The notes beneath the pieces were generated by a model. That model did not search any database. It had not been told where the DNA came from and saw nothing but the letters and a program-made list of their open reading frames with translations. A DNA stretch of 64,000 bases. It comes from the human T2T-CHM13v2.0 reference genome, Homo sapiens. The stretch lies in the NCBI RefSeq assembly GCF_009914755.1, contig NC_060939.1, one strand, 5' to 3'. Within the stretch, counting starts at the first letter, position 1; the number at the start of each line of letters is the position of its first letter. Below, piece by piece: positions 54,827 through 64,000 of the stretch. A program made the position numbers and the translations under genes.

Positions 54827-55194
54827 CTAGGTGGCTTTCAGCTAGAGGATGAAGGTCCTTCCCTGACGGTCATTATCGAAGGATTTCCATTTGGGTTGAA
54901 ACACTGGACTGAGTGATCATTGAAGCATTTTCCTCTTGAAATTCTGATTTCACCTTTTCCTTTCGTTTTTTCCTTCACTTGGAGAGGGTTAGCAGCAGTG
55001 TCAGTTAGTGTAACTGAGAAACCTCAATTCAAATAAAACTGTTACCAATCTATTCTCCCGACCCCCTCTTGGGGACCGCCATAGAACATCCTACTGAATT
55101 TGGCACTGTGGCTTGGATGCCCAACAGATTGGTGATCTGATCTCTTCTGTTCTCTAATCTAAACATTATAATCTTAACCCCAGCTCACTGCTTT

Positions 55195-55232
55195 AGTTTT
55201 TTGGGTTTTTTTTGTTTTGTTTTGTTTTGTCT
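55195..55232. repeat. (TTTTG)n simple repeat
   Basis: Read directly from the sequence. Confidence 0.8.
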
Positions 55233-55400
55233 TGTATTTGTAGGGAAAAGGAAGGGGAGAGCTTGGCCAAGGTTTGGTCCAGCCTTCAATGAATATAAAA
55301 CCTTAGTGAGGAGGCCAGGCTTATAGTGAGAATATAATGCTGGCATTAATCCACTTAGAATTGCACAGTGCTCCCACCCCACTACCTATAATGTGGATTG

Positions 55401-55518
55401 GTTTAACACCCTTTGTTGGTGTTATTTGACCATTCCCTTCAAATGCTAATGACCAGCTAGTTTAACACCCGTTATTGGTGTTATTCGGACAGTCCCTTCA
55501 AATGTGAATGAATAGCTT
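55401..55518. repeat. 2 x 59-bp tandem repeat, each unit with a TAACACC-N7-GGTGTTA palindrome
   Basis: Units 55401-55459 and 55460-55518 are identical at 48 of 59 positions. Confidence 0.92.
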
Positions 55519-57137
55519 GCTTTGTTTCCATAGACAGGAGAGCCAAATAACTTCGGGGCCTAGAAGCAAATTATTTCTCTGGTATAGACCCACCCTGAAT
55601 GATGAATTGGGCTCTATGGTGGCTGTTTCACTGAAGACTGGGATTTCGCTACCCATCACAAACCAGGCCAAAAAGGAGCTAAACCATTTTCTCCTCATTA
55701 TCACCTCATTAAGCTCCCCAAGCCAGTGCAGGGCTGGGGTAGAGGCCTGCTACAGGTAGCTTAATGAGTTTCTTATTTATAGGCCCCAGTGTTGTTATGC
55801 AAAAGCTTGTTATTCCCAGGCCTGGAGTATAGCGTTTTCTAAAGGGAATTGAGAAATGCAATTATCAAGCATCTTAGTATGGGCCTCACACCGCTTTTTG
55901 GCCACTTGATCGACGATAAATAAATACATTTGTTAGATTTGTAGAATTTCATATTGTGCTGTGGCATTTACCCCAATTTTGTTGTTTTCTTCTAACAACA
56001 CAGAACAGATGCTGCCCCAGATGTGAAAGATGCAGATGTTTGACAGCTTTAGGATAACTCTAAGTTCATAGCTGTGCAAGGCATTGTGCAGATTCCTCAG
56101 TGTGATTTTGGGGGGGAAATTGCCTTCCCCAAATGTTATTTAAATATTTTTCCTGCTTTATGTGTGACTTGGAGATCATGTGTAACTGAGAAGTGGAAAG
56201 CAATCCCGCTTTTAGTTCCCACATACAGATATTAAAAATTGCTGTAATTCATGTACACATATACAAGACTGATCAGTGCTCCACATTTTGAGTTTTCAAA
56301 AAATATAATAATTTACTGAAAATGGATACTAAACATAAAGCACTGACTATGCATCCAGCATTGAGTAATGTACTGACAGGACACAAAAAGTTAAACACAC
56401 AAATCATTGTCATGGATTCCAAGAAATGTTTCATCTCACAAAATCCTAGTAGTCAGAACATAGACATATATAGAGATATACATATGTTTATTTAAGTGTG
56501 TGTGTATGGATATGTATGTATGTATATACATTTCTCCATAAAGATGCAGTACATATTAAGGAAGTATATAATAACTTTAAAACAAAATAAATTTGATCAG
56601 TAGAGAAGAGGTCAAATAATAGACACAATGCAATGTCTTTGTGAAATGAAAATATAAATAATTACTGGTTTATAATGTCAGGACAAAAACCAAATAAAAT
56701 GGACCAGATTAAAAATGGAGAGAATCTAGCTTGACTCCTACTACTATAAAAAATTTAGTTAAGCGGATGCAAATAGTTCATATATTTGAATGCCTTTGTT
56801 AGGTTATATGGAATATACAGAAATGATTGTTATAAAGATTCTCTTCACCTTGTTTATAAACTAGAAATGAAGGGTAAGGTCGGTACATAAAACAATATAA
56901 TACTATAATGGAAAATAGCTCCTTAGAGAAGTTAATAAAATGCAATAGAAGTGCTTGGAGAAATTCTTTCAATTTAAAGAATAAAAGAAAGTTAAATGGG
57001 TGTGTTAGAATTTGAGTTCAGACTGAATAGCACAGGAAGGTATCAAAAGAGTGGTTGCTTTAAATATATCCATATGAGGCAGACTTACCTATGACAATGT
57101 TACTGTCAGGGGCTTCAAAGATAGAGCCTTTCCTTGA

Positions 57138-57444
<307 letters not shown>

Positions 57445-57649
57445 GTCCTCCCGTTTTCACCTGGGTTTTATGTATTTAGGGGGCAAACTGGCCAGCAGGC
57501 AAGGATAAGAAAGTGGTCCAATCTGCCCCTACTCTGTGCTATTTCTGGCACAAAAACTTGTCAAAGGTGTAAGGTAGGGAATTGCAAGTTACAGTCAGAA
57601 AATATGGGGTAATTTTTATTGATAAAAACAGATTATATGCATAAGAATA

Positions 57650-58266
57650 GTAGCAGATATAGATTAAAAAAATAGGTTAGAGAAAGAAGGAATAGGTGAA
57701 GATGAGAGAAAAGGTGGATCAATAAAATGAGGTTAGGAATTTGGGGCTTTGTTGTCCAGGTAGTAGGGAGCATATTTTTCTTGTTTGGTTTTCCCAAGCA
57801 GAAGGATGGAATGATGAGATGGTTGGTGTAGATGTGGTATGATGGATGGACTAGCAAAGTGAAAGACTAGAAGTAGGGAGATTGGTTAGGGGTCTATTCA
57901 GCAGTCCAAGTTAAGGTGAAGAAAATGAATTTGCAGAAAAAGTAGGAGAAGAAAATAAATTCAAGTGATAGTTTAGAGTTAGAACACTAAATTTAACAAC
58001 TTAGAGTGAGAATACTTTCATAGTGAGAGGTTTGTAAAATTGAGGGCTAAGACTTCCAGCCTAGATAACTAGGTGACTAGCAATAGCATTGGCGGAAACG
58101 TGAATGTCTGTGAGAGCTTCTGCTTTTAAATTTGGTAGTGGGAGAGACAATAAAAATTATATTTGGAATGTCACATTTAAAGTTCAGACAACTTTTACAA
58201 GAATGTCCAGCAGAAACAGCAAATTTGGAACTGAAGATAATCACTGCCATAGAGTAACTAAATACT
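57650..58266 (-). mobile_element. L2 fragment (continues at about 59300-59880)
   Basis: 'agactagaagtagggagattggttaggggtctattcagcagtccaag' and, beyond the inserts, 'tgtgtcagacatgctagaaaagtcaag'. Confidence 0.6.
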
Positions 58267-58279
58267 AAGATGTTGAAGA

Positions 58280-59284
58280 TTTGCATTTCTCTAATGATCA
58301 GTGATGTTGAGCTTTTTTCCATATGTTTGTTGGCAGCATGTATGTCTTCTTTTGAGAAGTGTCTGTTGATGTCCTTTGCCCACTTTTTAGTGGGATTGTT
58401 TGTTTTTTTTCTTGTAAATTTGTTTAAGTTCCTTATAGATGCTGGATATTAGACCTTTGTCAGATGGATAGATTGCAAAAATTTTCTTCCATTCTGTAGG
58501 TTGTCTGTTTACTCTATTGATAGTTTCTTTGGCTGTGCAGGAGCTCTTTAGTTTAATTAGATTCCATTCACACCAGTCAAAGTGACTATTACTAAAAAGT
58601 CAGAAAATAACAGATGCTGGTGAGGTTGTAGAGAAAAAGGAATGCTTTTACACTGTTGGTGGGAGTGTAAATTAGTTTAGCCATTGTGGAAGACAGTGTG
58701 GCAATTCCTCAGAGACCTAGAGGCTGAAATACCATTCAACCCAGCAATCCCATTGCTGGGTATATACCCAAAGAAGATAAATTATTCTATTAAAAAGATA
58801 CATGCACACATATGTTTATTGCAGCACTATTCACAATAGCAAAGACATGGAACCAACCCAAATGCCCATCAATGATAAACTGGATAAAGAAAATGTGGTG
58901 CATATACACCATGGAATACTATGCAGCCATAAAAAGGAATAGATCATGTCCTTTGCAGGGACATAGATGAAGCTGGAAGCCATCATCCTCAGCAAACTAA
59001 CACAGGAACAGAAAACCAAATGCTGTGTGTTCTCACATATAATTGGGAGCTGAATGATGAGAACACATGGACACATTGAGGGAACAACACACACTGGAAC
59101 CTGTCAGAAGGTCGGGGGAGGGTGGGAGAAGGAAGAACATCAGGAAGAATAGTTACCAGATGCTGGGTTTAATACCTGGGTAATAGGATGATCCGTGAGG
59201 CAACCCACCCTGGCATACATTTACCTATGTAACAAACTTGCACATCCTGCACATGTACCCCTGGACTTAAAGTTTGAAAAAACA
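58280..59284 (+). mobile_element. L1PA (about PA11-13) insertion with inverted 5' segment (twin priming)
   Basis: 58280-58568 is antisense ORF2, and about 58569-59284 is sense ORF2 end plus 3'UTR. TSD AAGATGTTGAAGA/AAGACATTGTAGA. Confidence 0.92.
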
Positions 59285-59449
59285 AAGACATTGTAGAAAG
59301 AAAATCAAGACTTGAAAAATCCATTATGTGTATGTTATACGAGAGGAAGAGAAATCTGAGGAGAAAATAAAGAGCAATCAGGGATGCGAGTTGTAAGAGC
59401 AAAAGTAGGCTAGTTCAGTTTCGTGAAGTTTGTGTAAGAGAAATGTTCA

Positions 59450-59735
59450 TCCATGCCTGGTGGCTCACGCCTGTAATCCCAGCACTTTGGGAGGCCGAGA
59501 CGGGCGGATCACCTGAGGTCAGGAGTTCGAGACAAGTCTGGCCAACATGGTGAAACCCTGTCTCTACTAAAAATACAAAAAAATTAGCCAGGCATAGTGG
59601 CATATGCCTGTAGTCCTAGCTACTTAAGAGGCTGAGGCAGGAGAATCACTTGAACCCCGGAGAAGGAGGTTGCAGTGAGCCGAGATTGCGCCACTGCACT
59701 CCAGGCTGGGTGACAGAGTAAGACTCTGTCTCAAA

Positions 59736-59769
<34 letters not shown>

Positions 59770-59779
59770 TAAAAGAAGA
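59450..59779 (+). mobile_element. AluS (Sx-like) with A-run and (AT)n tail
   Basis: Full dimer. TSD AAGAGAAA(T/C)GTTCA at 59436 and 59780. Confidence 0.95.
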
Positions 59780-60874
59780 AAGAGAAACGTTCAAGAAGAA
59801 ATGGATGGTAAACTGTGTCAGACATGCTAGAAAAGTCAAGTTCAATAAGTGAGAAAGTGTTACTGGATTTGTTGAATATTAATGACAGCTGAATATTAAT
59901 CTATAAGAATTTCTAAACTAATGTCAGCAGAATTACCACTGTGTTAACTACAGTGTACCTAATCTTCATGTTGGTTTGAGAGATACTGTCATACCATTTT
60001 ACAGTTAAGAAAGAAACAGTAATTTTAACTCACATTAAGGTGAATTTTCTATTTTCCAAAACACTGATGACTTCAAAATATTCTCAAAAATGAAATCAAC
60101 TTTGACTGAAATCATTTCAATTTTCATTGAATAAATTAACATTTTGATTATCACATTACTTAATTACATTTTAATTTGTGCACTATTAAAATATTAAAAT
60201 AACTATATAGAGATTATAAACATAACTAAAATGATATATTTTGCAAAATCTTATGTAAATATCTGTATTCTCATTTGAACCTCAAAGTGTTAAACTTATT
60301 TACCTCCAGGGAATGTCTAAGAGCTCGAATCTTTCTAAATATATGATTTTCACACATAACACCATCTTGAAAACATCTGGACTTCACAGAAACCACAGGG
60401 TAACCAATAATCCTTCAAGACCTAAAACAACCACATTCCTATCAGGGTAAAATAACTTAGAAATTTCTAATTTCTAAGAAAATGTTAGATACTTTTGTAT
60501 CTACAACTAAAATATAAAAATATGTAGGCTTATTTCTAATATGTCTATCTGATCTTTGTATACTTTTGGGGCAAGGTCAGGCAAACATTCTCTCTGAAGA
60601 TCCAAAAACTTGTTTTTATGCTGTAGCAGAATCTCAGGGAGCATTTGGTGGGCTGACAAAAGAGACAACATTTTGGTATCATGTAGACAGCTGAATATCA
60701 GTGGAAATTTAGAAAGGAGAACTGAATTATTTTTGCCTATGCTTTACAATCAGTATCCTAGTACCTCTCAGTAAAAGTGGGATAAGTTTGAATGTTACTC
60801 AGCCAATAAACATATTAATGTAAGACAGAAACAAGGAGGGTGAGGAGCCTGTATGATTATGATTAAAAAATCAA

Positions 60875-61100
60875 CACAAGGAAGGAAACACACCGAGGCC
60901 TATCGGGGGCTGGGGGGCGGAAAGGGAGGGAGAGCATTAGGACGAATAATGCCTGCTGGGCTTAAAACCTAGATGACAGGTTGATAGGTATACATGTGCC
61001 ATGGTGGTTTGCTGCACCTATGTAACAAACCTGCACGTTCAGCACATGTATCCCAGAACTTAGAGTGAAATGTAAAAAAAACTCCACCGATAAAAAAAAA
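60875..61100 (+). mobile_element. L1PA8-like 3'UTR-only insertion with internal micro-inversion
   Basis: G-rich tract, 'cttaaaacctagatga', 'gtaacaaacctgcacgtt..gtatcccagaactta' and an A tail. Likely TSD AAAAAATCAA. Confidence 0.88.
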
Positions 61101-61519
61101 AAAAATCAAGGAATTTTAAAAACATGAAAAGTCAATGTAATTGTCAGAAATAATATTTTAGACCCTAATTTTAGTAAGTTTCACAAAAAGCTTGAAATCA
61201 AACGATGTGGGACATTGCTTCTGTAAGCAGCTTCTGAATTTGCTTTGCCTTGGCCTATAGTGACGTCACAAGCTCACATCATAAGGAAAACGTGTTGCGC
61301 ATCTCTAGTTTGATATGAGCTTTAGTATCTCCCCACTACAGTGCGAGAAAAGTCAGGGCAAAGGATTGAAAAGAAGTTCACAACAAAAAAGTTTGAACAC
61401 AAGCAAACCTGAAACAGATGCAGGGTAGTAGATCTTAAGGGTGCGTTGCTCACTCCAGGGCCTGCTGCCACCCAGATGGCTGGCAAACACCAGGACTCCG
61501 AACACAACAGGATTCAGGG

Positions 61520-61680
61520 ATTCAGACAGGAGTCTTGCTCTACCAATTATTATAGGATCTTAGGTAAGCTACTTTCTTGCTAAAACTTAGTTTCCTTAAA
61601 TCCAAAGTCAGGGTAAAACACCTGACATAATTACCTTAGGGGATGGTACTGAAACAAAAAGATAAAGATGTAGGAGCACT
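61520..61680 (+). mobile_element. MIR fragment
   Basis: 'gtcttgctctacca..atcttaggtaagctact..cttagtttcctt'. Confidence 0.55.
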
Positions 61681-61974
61681 CCTTGCATTCTGACTTCTTT
61701 ATAAATATACTTTTTATCTTTATCTTTGTACACGTTTAAAAGAATCACAGCACTAGGGAGATAGGTTTTGCTATGGGAAGGAACATGAATTGGAAGTCAG
61801 AAAATGTGGGTTTGAAACCTAATTCAAGTAGTAACTTCTACTATAGGCCCATTGGTGTAATAGCCACTTAGGAGGCAGAGATGGAAAAATCACTGGGGCT
61901 TCTTCATTTTTACAACGAAAAATGTGTCTAGGTAATGTCCACTAATATCCAGTCACTCAATGCAAGAGTTTTAT

Positions 61975-63510
61975 AAACTCCTGCCCTGTGGAACTAGAGC
62001 TGAGTCATGTGGTTCGCTTTGGACTATAAACATGGGTGGAGGTGATATTGAGAGGTGACAGTGTGCTGGCAGTCCTCAGAGCCCTCGCTTGCTCTCCGCA
62101 CCTCCTCTGCCTGGGCTCCCACTTTGGCGGCATTTGAGGAGCCCTTCAGCCCACCACTGCACTGTGGGAGCCCCTTTCTGGGCTGGCCAAGGCTGGAGCC
62201 CACTCCCTCAGCTTGCAGGGAGGTGTGGAGGGAGAGGCGCGAGCGGGAACTGGGGCTGCGTGCAGTCCCTTGCGGGCCAGCTGGAGTTCCGGGTGGGCGT
62301 GGGCTTGGCGGGCCCCGCACTCGGAGCGGCCGGCCGGCCCTGACGGCCCCGGGCAGTGAGGGGCTTAGCACCCGGGCCAGCCGCTGCGGAGGGTGTACTG
62401 GGTCCCCCAGCAGTGCCATTCCACCGGTGCTGCGCTCGATTTCTCGCCGGGCCTTAGCTGCCTTCCCGCGGGGCAGGCCTCCGGACTGCAGCCCGCCATG
62501 CCTGAGCCTTCCCCCGCCTCCATGGGTTCCTGTGCAGCCTGAGCCTCCCCGACGAATGCCGCCCCCTGCTCCACGGCCCCCAGTCCCATCCACTGCCCAA
62601 GAGCTGAGGAGTACGAGCGCATGGCACGGACTGGCAGGCAGCTCCACCTGCAGCCCCAGTGCGGGATCCACTGGGTGAAGCCAGCTGGGCTCCTGAGTCT
62701 GGTGGGGACATGGAGAGTCTTTATATCCAGCTCAGGGATTGTAAACGCACCAATCAGCACCCTGTCAAAACAGACCACTTCGCTCTACCAATCAGCAGGA
62801 TGTGGGTGGGGCCAGATAAGACAATAAAAGCAGGCTGCCCCCAGCCAGCAGTAGCAACCCGCTCGGGTCTCTTTCCAGGCTGTGGAAGCTTTGTTCTTTC
62901 GCTCTTTGCAAAAAATCTTGCTACTGCTCACTCTTTGGGTCAACATTGCTTTTATGAGCTGTAACACTCATTGGGAAGATCTGTAGCTTCACTCCTGAAG
63001 CCACCAAGACCACGAGCCCAACGGGAAAAACAAACAACTCCAGACGCGTTGCCTTAAGAGCTGTAACACTCACCAGGAAGCTCTGCAGTTTCACTTCTGA
63101 GCTAGCGAGACCATGAATCCACCAGAAGGACAAAACAATGAACACATCTCAACAGCAGAGGGGACAAACTCCAGACGTGCCACCTTAAGAGCTGTAACAC
63201 TCACCGCGACGGTCCGCGGCTTCATTCTTGAAGTCAGTGAGACTAAGAACCCACCAATTCTGGACCCAATATGTGTTCCTTCCATTGAGAAATGTTAAGT
63301 TACAATGTGTGGGCTGCCTTACTGTTTTTACTTTTTCAGGCTTCTCATCCTTGGGGGAGAACATATCAATCCCTCAAAAAACAAACAGGAAAACCAAAAA
63401 AGTCAGTATACGTGTGGCTTGAACAAAGAATGCATTTTGTTGTTTTATAAGCCCTGAGGTTTTAGGGTATTTTTTTCTGTAGAATAATCAAGTTTATCTT
63501 GACCGATACA
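61975..63510 (+). mobile_element. Old MaLR LTR (MLT1H/I/J-like), split by LTR12C
   Basis: 'agtcatgtggttcgctttgg..ggaggtgat' before the LTR12C and 'tttgttgttttataagccctgaggttttaggg..gaccgataca' after it. Confidence 0.65.
62049..63268 (+). mobile_element. LTR12C (ERV9) solo LTR
   Basis: Starts TGAGAGGTGACAG, TSD ATAT on both sides, CpG-rich U3, CCAAT boxes, three 'gagctgtaacactca' repeats, and the end 'ccaattctggaccca'. Confidence 0.95.
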
Positions 63511-64000
63511 ACAATGAAATTAGTGATTTGATAAAGCTAAACATTCAATTTAAAGGACTACACTTACTCTGAGTTTATATACTTCCTACATTTTAATGTT
63601 GTGATAAAGTATCCTATTTTGAAATAATAATTACGCTGTTGGGGATAGTATTCCAAAATGTTGGAATTACACAAATATAAGAGGTTATATGATTACAATG
63701 AGAGTGTACCACATGACTAGCGCCTTAGGAGAAAATAATTATCTCTAATAACTGTTAAAATGTGCCTTCAAAAGATTTACCAATCAAGCCTTATTCCCTA
63801 GCAATTCCAACTTTGTGTGAAAATACAGGTCAAGTTTTGGGTTTCACATTGGTAACCAAATTGTGATAGCTTTGATCATGAACTTTGAAATACAATAATA
63901 CATCTCTGAATATCGCATTGTATGATGGAGTAAAGACGAAGTATACTAGGCAGCTGCCCTTAGTACATTAAGGTGTTTTATGGCCATATTGCAATTTACT

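Noticed and set aside
62024-63298. Longest ORFs (215, 207 and 137 aa) and the CpG-island-like region as a gene or gene promoter
   Set aside because: They lie almost entirely within LTR12C. Overlapping ORFs on both strands reflect high GC content, not coding.

Overview
This is AT-rich, CpG-depleted catarrhine primate DNA, most likely human or ape (AluY and LTR12C are present). It looks intergenic or deep-intronic. I can support no intact protein-coding gene, structural RNA gene or CRISPR array. The recognisable ORFs are read-throughs of Alu, L1, Tigger1 or LTR12 sequence, and the rest are short ORFs of chance length. The window is a layered record of transposable elements: MIR and L2, old L1M fragments, L1PA insertions, about 10 Alus plus one Alu monomer, solo LTRs (LTR10C-like, MLT1, MER68, LTR33, LTR12F, LTR12C) and DNA transposons (near-complete Tigger1, MER1B, Tigger4, MER5A, MER81, MER91). 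I found no convincing new multi-gene system. The most interesting signals are: (1) an LTR10C-like solo LTR with apparent plus-strand G-to-A hypermutation, nested Alu-in-LTR-in-MER1B; (2) an Eulor8-like ancient repeat with a perfect 19-bp stem; (3) a 59-bp tandem duplicate whose palindromic T-box-like stems are fully conserved; (4) a 26-nt micro-inversion and a twin-primed inversion in L1 copies; (5) an 88-bp spaced duplication; (6) a strong plus-strand bias of L1 and LTR elements. Repeat subfamily names come from recalled consensus sequences, and boundaries of old elements are approximate. Both need RepeatMasker/Dfam confirmation.
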